Shown here one piece after another: positions 51,281-64,000 of a stretch of DNA of 64,000 nucleotides. Both the position numbers and the translations under genes were made by a program. The first letter of the stretch is position 1, and each line of letters begins with the position of its first letter. The DNA is from Octopus vulgaris (lineage: Eukaryota). The notes beneath the pieces are model-generated. The model searched no databases, was not told the origin of the DNA, and was given only the letters and a program-made list of their open reading frames with translations. Where the stretch lies: NCBI GenBank assembly GCA_951406725.2, contig OX597823.1, positions 105,152,001 to 105,216,000 of the forward strand. Reading direction: 5' to 3'.

Positions 51281-51868
51281 GGTGAGTTGGCAGAACCGTT
51301 AGCACACTGGGCGAAATGCTTAGCAGTATTTCGTCTGCCGTTACGTTCTGAGCTAAAATTCCGCCGAGGTCGACTTTGCCTTTCATCCTTTCGAGGTCGA
51401 TAAATTAAGTTATGCGCCGGGGTCGATGTAATCGACTTAATCCGTTTGTCTGTCCTTGTTTGTCCCCTCTATGTTTGGCCCCTTGTGGGTAGTAAAGAAA
51501 TAGGTATTTCGTCTGCCGTTACGTTCTGAGTTCAAATTCCACTGAGGTCGACTTTGCCTTTCATCCTTTCGGGGTCGATAAATTAAGTACCAGTTATTTA
51601 CTGGGGTCAATGTAATCGACTTAATCCATTTGTCTGTCTTTGTTTGTCCCCTCTGTTTAGCCCCTTGTGGGTAGTAAAGAAATAGGTATTTCGTCTGCCG
51701 TTATGTTCTGAGCTCAAATTCCGCTGAGGTCGACTTTGCCTTTCATCCTTTCGGGGTCGATAAATTAAGTACCAGTTACGCACTGGGGTCAATGTAATCG
51801 ACTTAATCCCTTTGTCTGTCCTTGTTTGTCCCCTCTGTGTTTAGCCTCTTGTGGGCAATAAAGAAATA
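51281..51868 (+). mobile_element. SINE family A trimer with Tx1-type tail and 17-bp TSD
   Basis: TSD agggatat(g/a)caccaaac at 51264-51280 and 51869-51885. Confidence 0.92.
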
Positions 51869-52572
51869 AGGGATATACACCAAACAACTTCACTCTATAC
51901 TTTGTATTTTTTGTCAAAAGACTGATCAAGTGAATCAATAGGATTATGTGATTCACTGCAAACAATCATGTTGTAAGCCTGTCAGTTGACTTACCAGAAT
52001 GAATGTTTTCTTTTCTTTTTTTTATGAAGCATTAAGTACAAAAGACATTTTCTGTATTTTATTTATTCATATATATATGTATCTGGTCAACAAAACTGAG
52101 TCAGTTTAAAGTTAAAATAGCCATCTACGCATCATACTTAATGTATATATATATCACTATGTTATTTGTCCTGAGTTAACATCTCTTATGGAAATGATGC
52201 ATTAAAAACACAATAAATTGCAGATGAGGAAGCACCCCAGTAGTGACCAGCAAGTATGCCAGATTTTGGCCTTTTTGGGAAGTAACTGGTGAATCAACAA
52301 TGTATATACATACAATTTGATACACGTATGACAAAATATATGTATGTATATATGTATTCAAACATACATATATAAATTACCTCCCCTGTGACATGTATAC
52401 TTATTTATTTACTATACAGTCTCATGTATCTTTGTATATTCTTATCAACAAACACCAATATTCCCATGTGGTACATTTGAACAATTGTAAGGAATCTCTT
52501 TGCATGAAACCATTGGGAGCCTTGTTAATCCACAAATACATTACACTAACACACACATACACACACACACAA

Positions 52573-52629
<57 letters not shown>

Positions 52630-52709
52630 AGTATTAATAATAATGAGTATGGAGACTCGTACATCCACAAAATTTATTTTATAGCTATATACATCATAGT
52701 ATAATTAAT

Positions 52710-52793
52710 GACCTATACATGTTTCCGCTACAGCAACTATTTACCGTTGCAGATGCAACTTTGCAATATCGTTGGTGCAATTTCATCAGGGTC
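52710..52793 (-). ncRNA. Hammerhead motif with enlarged stem II, in a Penelope-type 3' remnant (~52640-53275)
   Basis: gacc CTGATGA ...(~55 nt)... GAAA catgtaT A ggtc. Confidence 0.6.
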
Positions 52794-53277
52794 CATCCAT
52801 TTGGTCTCCTTTCATCTCGCTGAAGTAAATTTTTGTTAGTATTCTGTGGGAGGTAGAGGTATTGTTATTTATGGGTAGATGCTGCTGACCTTCATTTCAT
52901 CTCAGTCATTGTCTGAAGTTGGGGTTTGGTCCTAAAATAGGTCAAAGTCAAGGTTGTTGTCTATGTAAGGTGCCTTGTTTGCCTTGATAGATGTGTGCCT
53001 TATTTTTGATTCTGGCTGTGGTGTTTGTATTGAAGTGTTTAAATTGATTTTTGGTTGGGTTGCTCCATTGTTTGTGTTGGGTATTCATTGTTTTGGTGAT
53101 GTTTATCAACTATTTTTTATTTAACACTTTTGTTTAATTACTATTGTTTATATTTATATCAGACTTTAAATTTTGCCAGGGCGTTGGCTATCTAGAATCA
53201 TTTATATTATTTAAAAGTCCATTGCCATGTGTGTAAACATCTCTGCTTTTTTCTTGTCTTAAATGAAAGAAGACTGT

Positions 53278-53316
<39 letters not shown>

Positions 53317-53566
53317 ACTGCTAGCCGCCACTGACCATTCAAAATACTACAATCAAGGCCCTCCCAAATCCCCCCCCCTTCTCCTCATCATCCTTCTTCT
53401 TCTTCCCTACCAAGAATTCACAACGACCTCGAACCCACAAATGTGAACAAGAGAGACAGAGCAAGGCAGAAACAAGGAAAATGCCACTTATATTTGAACA
53501 CTATACAAATATTCCTTTAAAAAAACATTTCTTTTAATTTTTCTAAATTTAATTATTTAATCGTTA

Positions 53567-53604
53567 CAGTTGAAAAGGTCTCAAAATGACTGAAACCGGT
53601 ACTG
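53567..53604 (+). ncRNA. Minimal hammerhead with U3:A8 core in a (TA)n-flanked insert (53315-53658)
   Basis: cag TTGAAAA ggtc-tcaaaat-gact GAAA ccggT A ctg. Confidence 0.75.
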
Positions 53605-53652
53605 AAATGTTCTTTATAAAATTACTTTAGCATTTTCTATTTTGACTTATTT

Positions 53653-53705
<53 letters not shown>

Positions 53706-53719
53706 TATGTGTGTGTGTG

Positions 53720-53937
53720 TTCCCCCCAGCTGGACGGGACACCAGTCCATCGCAGCATTACTCAAGAAACAGGAAGAAAGGGTGAGAGAAAGTTAGGGCG
53801 AAAGAGTACAACAGGGGTCGCCACCACCCCCTGCTGGAGCCTCGTGGAGCTTTAGGTGTTTTCGCTCAATAAACACACACACAGCGCCCAGTCTGGGAAT
53901 CGAAACCGTGATCCACCAACCACGAGTCCGCTGCCCT
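53720..53937 (-). mobile_element. tRNA-derived SINE with gcgatggactgg tail
   Basis: gggcagcggactcgtggttgg...ggtttcgattccc (B-box-like). Confidence 0.7.
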
Positions 53938-54182
53938 CCACACACAAACACACACATATATATATATATACATGCATGTGTGTGTGTATATATTATTATA
54001 TGTATGTTTGTGTCTAAGTATGTATGTGTGTGTGTGTGTGTTACATATATGCATATGGACATATATCCACAAACATGTGTGAATGTAAATGTACACATAA
54101 GCACTTTCCTTTTCTCTTTGTCTCACTCTGCTCCCCACATATACACCTACACAAAAACTCTCTCTTTGTCACACACACATAC

Positions 54183-54219
<37 letters not shown>

Positions 54220-54789
54220 ACATGCTCCAACACTCACATATATATATGCACACGGACAGATGAACTTATACAATGAATGGAAAAATGGATTGTGATGAGA
54301 AGACAGAGATGACACACGGACATAAAAAGAGAGACTTGGTTAGGGACAAGAGATAAGTAGACAAATTAATATTGATGTTATTGAGAATTAACTAGTTATA
54401 GAGCAGATACAGCAAGTTGTTGTCAGTGGTGATGTGTGTGGGAGTGTGCAGCAAGGTGAGGAGTAGGTGATTGCAGGTAGCATAAGAAGAAACAGCGCCA
54501 TGGTGGCGGGGAGGAATTGATCTGGTTGCAAAGAGGGGTAAAACAGCTTTGTTGAATCTGTGGACAACATACTCTCCATAGTGTTTGTTATATTAGTGTA
54601 CGCACATGCATGTGTATTTGTGTGTGTGTGTGTGTGTTGGGGTTATTTAGGACAGGTAAATCTCATGGCGGTCATGAAGAATAAGCCAGCAAATCCTTTG
54701 GGTTTGTATATATGTTGACTTAAGCATAACATTGCTTTTATTGTGTGTAACATGTATGTGAGTCTATGTACATATGTAATATGCATATT

Positions 54790-55000
54790 CTCTTTTATTC
54801 TATTTTATTTGTTTCAGTCATTTGACTGCGGCCATGCTGGAGCACCGCCTTTAGTCGAGCAAATCGACCCCGGGACTTATTCTTTGTAAGCTCAGTACTT
54901 ATTCTATTGGTCTCTCTTGCCGAACCGCTAAGTGACGGGGACATAAACACACCAGCATCGGTTGTCAAGCAATGCTAGGAGAACAAACAAAGACACACAA

Positions 55001-55039
<39 letters not shown>

Positions 55040-55976
55040 CATATATATGACGGGCTTCTTTCAGTTTCCGTCTACCAAATCCACTCACAAGGCATTGGTC
55101 GGCCCGGGGCTATAGCAGAAGACACTTGCCCAAGATGCCATGCAGTGGGACTGAACCCGGAACCATGTGGTTGGTAAGCAAGCTACTTACCACACTGCCA
55201 CTCCTGCATCTATATGCATATGTATATATTTATTCTTTTAGACTTTTACTTGTTTCAATCATTTGACTACGGCCATGCTGGAGCACCGCCTTTAGTCGAA
55301 CAAATCAACTCTAGGACTTATTCTTTGTAAGCCTAATTATTATTCTATCGGTCTCTTTTGCTGAACCGCTAAGTTTCGGGGATGTGAACACACCAGCATC
55401 AGTTGTCAAGCGATGTTGGGGGGACAAACACAGATATGCAAGCATATACACACACATATATATTCATATATATATGTATATATACGATGGGCTTCTTCCA
55501 GTTTCCGTCTACCAAATCTACTCACATGGCTTTGGTCAGCTTGAGGCTATAGTAGAAGACACTTGCCCAAGGTGCCACACAGTGGGACTGAACTCGGTAC
55601 AATGTGGTTGGTAAGCAAGCTACATACCACACAGCCATTCCTGTGCCTATACGCAGCCACTCCTGCACCTGTGTATATATATCCATGTATGTATATATAT
55701 GCATATATGTATATATATATGTATATCTATCTATCTATCTATCTATCTATATATATATATATAATCTTTTATTCTTTTATTCTTTTATATGTTTCAGTCA
55801 TTTGACTGCAGCCATGCTGGAGCACCGCCTTTAGTCAAACAAATCAACCCACGACTTATTCTTTGTAAACCTAGTACTTATTCTATCAGCCTCTTTTGCC
55901 AAACTGCTAGGTTGCAGGGATGTAAACACACCAGCATTGGTTGTCAGGTGATGGTGGGGGGACAAACACAGACACA

Positions 55977-56044
<68 letters not shown>

Positions 56045-56170
56045 ATGGGCTTCTTTCTGTTTCTGTCTACCAAATCCACTCACAAAGCTTTGGTTGCCTT
56101 GAGGCTATAGGCGCAGTGGGACTGAACCAGGAACCATGTGGTTGGTAAGCAATCTTCTTACCACACAACC
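54790..56170 (-). mobile_element. Three tandem full-length family B SINEs
   Basis: Copies at ~54790-55205, 55240-55640 and 55780-56170. Confidence 0.9.
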
Positions 56171-56833
56171 ATTCATTGAAGAAACTGGAGCCAAAAAGGA
56201 GTATGGTTGGACATTGTTTATTATTTACTACAATTGTTTCAACACAACATAGTTCTCCAAGAATACATGTATTTAATTATGCAAACTTCTCAACATTTCT
56301 AAAGCATTTGGGTTGCTATTTCTAGCAGGTAAAGCTTGGATGATTCATGCCATCTTGATTGGGGTTTATCAGATGACATCAGAGATCATGGGAGAGATAA
56401 ATAACATTTGCTTCATTAATTTTACATTGAGATAAGAACTTTGAGACAAATTCGCCAACAGTTGGAATTCAACCTGGGATTGGAACAATAGAATGATTGC
56501 ATTACATGAATTAATCCCCTGTCATTAACCTCTGATCAAACACCACTGGAGTCATTATAGACCTATTATAGTCATGTTATTTATCTCTCTTTAGTATTGA
56601 GCAACAGGCCCAATTAGTCCTCTGCAGGAGCTAGCTTAAAATTCCACATTGAGTGTGACTTTTAAGCTTGTATATATATATATATATAAAATTATAATTT
56701 AGGGTATCTAAGAGATACCACCACGCTGGAAAGAGCAGTCAAAAACTTGACTCTAAAACCACATTAAATGTTCAAACAGCACCAGGAGAGAAGACAAAGA
56801 GACAAAATAAACTATCAAAAAAATTACTGGATA

Positions 56834-56892
56834 ATTCCAGATCCTGGATTTCTGGTTTTGCATAAGAAATGCTTTGCCTTCATCAGTGGAAT
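56834..56892 (-). ncRNA. Hammerhead ribozyme with intact core in a (TA)n-flanked insert (56688-56918)
   Basis: attcca CTGATGA agg..gcat-ttctt-atgc..cca GAAA tccaggaT C tggaat. Confidence 0.8.
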
Positions 56893-57261
56893 ATACTCAG
56901 ATAGCACATAAATACAAATATATATATATATACAACATACAATATGCTTACTTTTGGCTGCTAAACCCTTCAAGGTGGTGACCCAAGTCTAATGACAGAA
57001 ACAAGTAAAAGATAAACGATAAGATATAGAAACATATATATATGAATTCATAAATATACACTGATTGGTGTGTGAAGAGGGTTTCCCGTAATTCCAATGT
57101 TTCTTTGGGCCTCCAAGTTTCTATTGGATGCTGTCACTGTCACATGACACTGTCACCTCCCCCTTTTTTTTGTAAAAGTTTAACAAACATGTAATCAAGT
57201 AAAATGTATTGAGTGCTTGAGTAATTCTTCAGTTTCATGTTAAATTGTTTTTATCATAACA

Positions 57262-57613
57262 CTAGCAGTATCGCCCGGCGTTGTTCGGGTTTGTTTTGAC
57301 CCTTTAGAATTGAAATTTTTGAAAAGTAAAAATTTTGCATTATGTAGCTTGTTCTGGTTGAAATACACTAATAGTAAAAAAATCGTAAAAAATAGGGATT
57401 TTCATAGAAAGAAGCACGTTTTTGATGTAAATAATTTTTGGTGTTAACATGGTCCAATTTGAATTTTTTCTTCTATGGCAGGAAGAGCAAGCCTTCTATC
57501 ATACTCTCAATTTTGGTCAACTTGTGCCACAGGGTCTCGGAGGAGATAGTGTTAGTTGAAGGCTACCAAACACCTGCCACACACAGACAACTTCAGCTTT
57601 ATATATAGAGAGA
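57262..57613 (-). mobile_element. Non-autonomous Helitron
   Basis: A|TC start, cccgaacaacgccggg hairpin, CTAG|T end. Homologous to 17860-18262. Confidence 0.8.
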
Positions 57614-57649
57614 TGAGATAAAAGCAAACATTAATATACGTGTGTATGT

Positions 57650-58190
57650 AAGGTAGTGAGCTGGCAGAATTGGTAACATACCAGCTAAAATGCTAAGTGG
57701 CATTCATGTTCTGAGTTCAAATCCTACTGTACCTTTCCTTAGTCTATTACATTGACCCCAATGTTTCACTGGTACTTAATTTATTGAACCTGAAAGGATG
57801 AAAAGCAAAGTGGATCTCAGTGGAATTTGAACTCAGAATCTAAGGATGGATGCAATGCTGCTAAGTATTTTACTCACAGTGCTAATGATTCTGCCAGTTT
57901 GCAGCCTTAATAAGAATAATAATAACAATGGACTCTATCGTCGAAGATGATGTATGATTGTTCAACTTTTGCCAAAAGCCCTGCACAAATGATTTGTTTA
58001 TAGTGATCAAATGTTCGTGCTGTACATTGGCTCACTCTCTCCATTGAATTGATGTTGCCTGAACAGATCCTAATCTCAGGTGTCGACCACAAGATGAAGT
58101 GATTTGCTCAAGAACACAAGGCACCACTCGATCTAGAAATTGAAACCATTATCTCACATTTGTGAGTACAACACCCTAACCTCCAGACCA
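57650..58190. mobile_element. Family A SINE pair (+/-) and a family D SINE (-)
   Basis: ggtagtgagctggcagaa at 57652, reverse core at 57750-57905, family D match at 57930-58190. Confidence 0.7.
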
Positions 58191-58231
58191 CCACTACCAA
58201 CAACAACAACAACAACAACAACAGCAGCAGC

Positions 58232-58279
<48 letters not shown>

Positions 58280-58357
58280 TTTTTTGAACCAGTTGAAGAC
58301 ACACGAGATGTCGAAATATCGTTCACTAGATAACAATGGCACTCTTTTAATTTTGAC

Positions 58358-58450
<93 letters not shown>

Positions 58451-58454
58451 TGAC

Positions 58455-58525
<71 letters not shown>

Positions 58526-58528
<3 letters not shown>

Positions 58529-59085
58529 CCCTGATGCAGTACCAGGCAGTGGCTCTCATGGCTTCTGATCTTAACTGATTGGAAGTGTTATCATGTACAT
58601 TGTTTTGTCTTGGTATAAAAGATGGGCTACAGCAAATATTTTGCTCAATACCACAGATTTGCTTGTCAGTTGTTTGACCTTAACCAGTTGAGCATGTCCC
58701 TAAGTGGCTGACGATATGTGCATCTCTGATCACGAGCAGAAGTAGTGGGGGAGCATCATAGCCATGTGTCGAGAGGGATTCTTTGGGGTTTGAATAATTC
58801 ACCTCTGGAAACATGGGTGGTTCTTTCAACATCCTTAAACAACCCTTATTCAGGGACCTTTTGAGCGGGATGGGCTACTCAACCTGAAGAATATTCTAAC
58901 TGGGCCCCACCTGCAAGGTCATGTGCTGTTTATCTTGATATGAGATCACCATGTCGCGCACATATGGTTGTGATGCATGTGCCTGGTGTACCCTTATCAG
59001 ACGGGTAGTCATGATGGGTATATTGGGCTTCGTATATTTTACCCCAGTGTCACTTTGATGGCATGCACTGCTCTCTCATTCAATA
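58526..59085. mobile_element. ~560-bp non-coding insert within (AAT)n
   Basis: Complex GC-richer sequence bounded on both sides by AAT repeats. Possibly the UTR of a TAA-targeting non-LTR element. Confidence 0.45.
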
Positions 59086-59199
59086 ATAATAATAATAATA
59101 AATGAATGTATTTATGCTGATGTACCTTCGTTATTCTAACCATGGATTGCTGCAATTGGTTCTTTACCAACATTCAAACTGTATTTAGTTTTTAAATTT

Positions 59200-59520
59200 T
59201 CCATCACAATTATGGCTTTCCACTGAATTAAATTATGGCTTATGGGCATGCAGTACTGATGCTGGTCAATCATTCATATACTCAGAATTTTTCAATTTCA
59301 TGCTTCACTGAACTTTGTTTCTTACAAATTAACATGAATTGTATTAGTACAGAACCTTTCAACTGTTGCATAAAACACTCTTTGTCTATGACTGCCGAAA
59401 CAGTAGAATATTCCCCTCCATGGGCATCTGCTATGTTTATCATTTTCTCACCTCTTCTGCTGCACCTTATAATGTTCAGCTTGCTTACAAATGCATTAGT
59501 CCAAAGTTTCTTGCAGACTA
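59200..59520 (-). pseudogene. Possible Tigger/pogo N-terminal HTH remnant
   Basis: KLNIIRCSRRGEKMINIADAHGGEYSTVSAVI resembles a CENP-B-type N-terminus. Confidence 0.35.
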
Positions 59521-59742
59521 CAGCATTGTGTGCGTGTGTATTATATATATATATATAGGAGATGTACTTGCATAGCAAATGATCTGGAACGTAAACAATT
59601 GCAGTGTGAAAGGTGTTTATGAATAGGTCACGGCCTCAAAGCGACGAAAATATTTTGGCAAATTTAATTTAAATGTTGAAGTGAATCTAACGGTCTTTGT
59701 GTGTTTCTTAAATAGCTTATAAACACCTTCCATGCAGCAATT

Positions 59743-59774
<32 letters not shown>

Positions 59775-59777
<3 letters not shown>

Positions 59778-60232
59778 GATATCGAACCTCATCCGACGAC
59801 AGGCACCCATGCCTGCGAAGACCTGTTGGGGCAAGTGAAATCGAAATCAAAATCGAAATCGGAATTGAAATTGAACCAATCCTATGACTGGCACCTGGCA
59901 GATGCCAGGACCCCTGGACTGGTGGTACGTAAAAAGCACTATCCGACTCGTGGCCGATGCCAGCACCACCTCGACTGGCTTCCGTGCTGGTGGCACGTAA
60001 AATGCACCAATCCAACCGTGGCCATTGCCAGCCTCGCCTGGCACCTGTGCAGGTGGCACGTAAAAAGCACCCACTACACTCATGGAGTGGTTGGCGTTAG
60101 GAAGGGCATCCAGCTGTAGAAACATTGGCAGATAAGACTGGAGCCTGGTGCAGCCTTCTGGCTTCCCAGATCCCCGGTCGAACTGTCCAACCCATGCTAG
60201 CATGGAAAACGGACGTTAAACGATGATGATGA
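59775..60232 (+). mobile_element. Family C short retroelement
   Basis: Three tgg(c/t)acgtaaaa.gcac subrepeats and a (GAT)n tail. Confidence 0.85.
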
Positions 60233-60794
60233 TATATATATATGTATATAGGGAGAGTTCCCCAAAAAAACAAAAGACGAAGACAGGTGGTGTAGAAAAT
60301 ATATATACTGGTTTATAATTATATAAATAAATATGGGTGCAGATTAACCACACAAACATGCTAGAAATAGACACCAAATGGCTCTAAAACCACTTCAATA
60401 CTCCATTAGCACAGGTTGTAAGCAGGCAGAGGAAAAAATTAATAAGGTTTTCTGATTTATTGTAAATCAATTTCAAACTTAGCATTATAAGACACCCTGT
60501 TATCATCAGTACAATATGTCAAAGTATATGTATGCAAATATCTATACATACCTGTATGAATGCCATATTCACACGACCACATGCATAGATTTACAGGTAT
60601 ACACGATTTTTCTTCTTATCTCAACCATGTGCATATTTTATCAAGATAATCTTGCAGTGAATGCAATTTGATCAGGAACAAAAATGTTTTCTTTTTTTCA
60701 TATAGAATTAAGGATAGAATCACTTTTACGATTTTATAAAGTAGCCAGCGTGAAATAAAAAAACTTATAGGTAACATTTTATACTAATTTTCGC

Positions 60795-61224
60795 CTGGCC
60801 CCCGTGCCGGTGGCACGTAAAAACACCATCCGTTGGTGGCCGTTTGCCAGCTCTGTCTGGCACCTGTGCAGGTGGCACGTAAAAAGCACCCACTACACTC
60901 ACGGAGTGGTTGGTGTTAGGAAGGGCATCCAGCCATAGAAACACTGCCAAATCTGACTGGGCCTGATGAAGCCTTCCGGCTTCACAGACCCCAGTTAAAC
61001 CGTCCAACCCATGCTAGCATGGAAAACGGACGCTAAATGATGATGATGATGATGATGATGATAATTAGTAGTGGCTGTGTGGTAAGTAGCTTGCTTACCA
61101 ACCACATGGTTCCGGGTTCAGTCCCACTGCGTGGCACCTTGGGCAAGTGTATTCTACGATAGCCTCAAGCTGACCAAAGCCTTGTGAATGGATTTGGTAA
61201 ACGGAAACTGAAGGAAGCCTGTTG

Positions 61225-61270
<46 letters not shown>

Positions 61271-61475
61271 TGTGTCTGCATTTGTCCTCCCCCCCCAACA
61301 TCACTTGACAATCGATGCTGGTGTGTTTACGTCCCCATCACTTAGCGGTTCGGCAACAGAGACCGATAGAATAAGTACTAGGCTTACAAAGAATAAATCC
61401 TGGGGTTGATTTGCTCAACTAAAGGCGGTGCTCCAGCATGGTCACTGTCAAATGACTGAAACAAAGAAAAGAAAA
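60795..61475 (+). mobile_element. Family C element (60795-61062) followed by a full family B SINE (61068-61475)
   Basis: Direct similarity to the other copies. Confidence 0.88.
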
Positions 61476-61869
61476 AAGAATATAAATTACAAGCAACATA
61501 TTCCGGCATTGCCCATCTGTTATGACCTACAGCCATATTGTATTATTTGTTCTTCTCTTATGGTCAGAATCAGCACAACTGATATATAGTGAGCTGGATT
61601 ACTGGAGTAATTAATGGAGGTTATTGTAAAAGCAGTGAGGGTACAATTTGCATGGGTTTGCATGAAAGTGTTTTCTGTTCTTAAGAAGGATCACAAATTA
61701 TGTTTTGTTTCACTGTATAAAGGGGGTTCATACGATTTTGTCCAGAAATCACATTTTCAAAATTCTAGTTTTTCTCTTTCCCCACTACAATTTCTTAATT
61801 TGTAACTTTCTTATGAATTGTTTTTTTTTTTTATACATGTAGAAAAATATAGAGATTCTGAATCAGGGA

Positions 61870-62260
61870 AATATATTCTTTTTTTAAAGTTTAATTTTTC
61901 TTAAAGAAGCACTCAATGCCTCTTTCCCCACCTCACCCACCCATCACCTGCCCACTTTCAAAAAGCTAATAACACCCTATGTTTCACTTTCATCTGATGT
62001 TTCATGTATGTGTAGAATTGTGCTGAAATAGCAGACATAAAAAAATATTAGAGCACCACCAGAAAACCTGACATGCTAGAAACAATAGGTAAATGACATT
62101 ATTTCTGAAGAAACTCCTCCACTTTCCAAAAAGCTAAAAGTGAAACATTGGGAGTTTGTAGCTTTTTGAAAGTGGTGAGGTGATGGGTGGATGTTGGGGA
62201 AGAAAATTTTAGTGTTTCTTTAAAAAAAAAGATAGATGGAAATTCTTAAAGAATCATATT
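61870..62260. repeat. Degenerate inverted repeat (~120-bp arms)
   Basis: ccacccatcacc..ccactttcaaaaagcta..atgtttcacttt versus aaagtgaaacat..tagctttttgaaagtgg..ggtgatgggtgg. Confidence 0.75.
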
Positions 62261-62666
62261 CTTTAATCTTTTCTTCAAGGATTACCAAGAAAAAATTCAA
62301 AAATGTAAAAAAGGAAGATATTGAAATGGGGAGGGAGAAAATTGAATTATTGAGAACATGTTTTTGGGGTAAAATCCTAATCTCCCGTATTGAAAACAGG
62401 AATCGGAAGAAATTTAGGAAAAAAAATGGGGTGGGGGTAGGGTGTATGCAAATGTCACATTGGACATGCTAGAAACAACAAGTAAAGGACAGGATTTCTG
62501 GGAGAACTTCCTTTTAAATTTATATTGAAGATCAGGTTTTTAAATACTCTCATCACACGTACAAATTACAGAATAGAAAATGGTGATTTCAAATGGATTT
62601 CAGCTGTAATTTTGTGCGTGCAATAGCAAGAAATAATATACAGAAGTTTTACTTAGAGAGAGAGAG

Positions 62667-62720
<54 letters not shown>

Positions 62721-63476
62721 GAAGTTATTTTATGGCATTCTTTCATTTGAAGCAGGAAAGTTGTCAACTTGATCATATGGTCAATCATACCGGATCATAT
62801 GATTGTTCATTAATTTCTGTAAATTGTTTTTTTTTTTTATTTCTGTAGGCTTTGAAGAGAGCAAAAATTGAAAGAGAGGAGAAAGTGAAAAGGCAACATT
62901 TGCTTTGAAGTGAGAGCAGAAATTGAAAGAGAGGAAAAAGTGAAAGATGTATGTACACATATATGAAATGGACATGGCACCTACTATTCTCTTCAAATTC
63001 CTTTCATTTTGCTTTTTGAATTTTTTAAAGTTATCTTCCTTTACCTCCTCCTCCTCTCTCTTATCTTCTTGGCTATCTTTGTACATTATATTCTTAGACG
63101 TTATATTTTTATATACCTTAATTTATCCCTAATTTATCCTTAATGTCAATCTTTGACACCCTCTCTCACTCTATTTACCTCTCTTTCTATTTATCTACTT
63201 TTCTGTGTTTTTATCGCTTAATAACTGCTATTCTGTTATCTAGTGTTGATATGTTCGCATCTTTTTCTGGATACTTACACTATCAGGACTTTAACTCATA
63301 TGGATTTACACAGGATTGCACCTAAGGACTTGTGGACTTACTTCTACACGACTGGAAAGTTGAACTCTGAACTTTTATACTTCTTTTTTCTTCTCTTTAT
63401 TCATCTCCTCATTCCTTTACTCCTGCCCTCTCTGTCATCATTTCATTAATCTATACCCTTCTCGTCTTGCCTATTT

Positions 63477-63532
63477 GTCTCTGATGACAGAATATCTCAT
63501 ACTCTGGGATATCCCAGAAACAGCTGCAAGAC
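63477..63532 (+). ncRNA. Hammerhead motif (U16.1 mutated to C) in a Penelope-type 3' remnant
   Basis: gtct CTGATGA cagaatatctc..gggatatccca GAAA cagctgc A agac. Confidence 0.7.
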
Positions 63533-63544
63533 TTTGATGTTTTC

Positions 63545-63582
<38 letters not shown>

Positions 63583-63630
63583 TATATGACTTGAGATGTT
63601 TGCCTTGCCTTAACTTTTGCTGTCCTCTTT

Positions 63631-63685
<55 letters not shown>

Positions 63686-64000
63686 TCATCATCGTTTAAC
63701 GTCCGTTCTCCATGCTAGCATATATATGTATAATATATATATATATATATGTATATCTATATATATACGCATATATATATATAATATATACATATATGTA
63801 TACATATATATATATGTGTGTGTATATGTATATGTATATATATATGTATGTATATACATATACATACATACACTTATACATTCATATAGGTAAGTAGGTA
63901 ACTAGGTGTGTTCAATATACCTATATATGTACTTATGTGCGCGCACACACACACACACACACAGAAGTAGATAAGAGTTCAACCGTTCAGTCAATTACCT

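Noticed and set aside
51281-51868. CRISPR-like regular repeats
   Set aside because: Units are ~180-bp SINE monomers with no unique spacers and no cas genes.
58880-58910. CTGAAGA as a hammerhead core
   Set aside because: No downstream stem II-GAAA arrangement.

Overview
AT-rich, repeat-saturated animal genomic DNA. The SINE, microsatellite and transposon content suggests a cephalopod such as Octopus, but that is inference. No host protein-coding exon can be supported, and most long ORFs in the track are microsatellite artefacts. Two systems stand out. (1) At 24.9-34.7 kb a near full-length Tx1/L1-clade LINE and two ORF1-only (HAL1-like) elements lie head-to-tail. The junctions share one 12-bp motif (ACCTGGAGGAAA, minus strand). 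The array splits an older ORF1 fragment, which itself appears to lie inside a non-autonomous Helitron. The last ~45 nt of all three elements match the 3' tail of a tRNA-derived SINE present here as dimers and trimers. (2) About a dozen minimal type-I hammerhead ribozyme motifs, several with covarying 3:8 core pairs, sit in short, mostly (TA)n-associated Penelope-type or retrozyme-like inserts and fold-back palindromes. These include a 489-nt retrozyme-like unit and a tRNA-headed SINE ending in a hammerhead. The rest is decayed Penelope, RTE, CR1-like, mariner, Tc1/IS630, pogo and Helitron elements, several SINE families and microsatellites. Coordinates were read by eye and may be off by a few bases.
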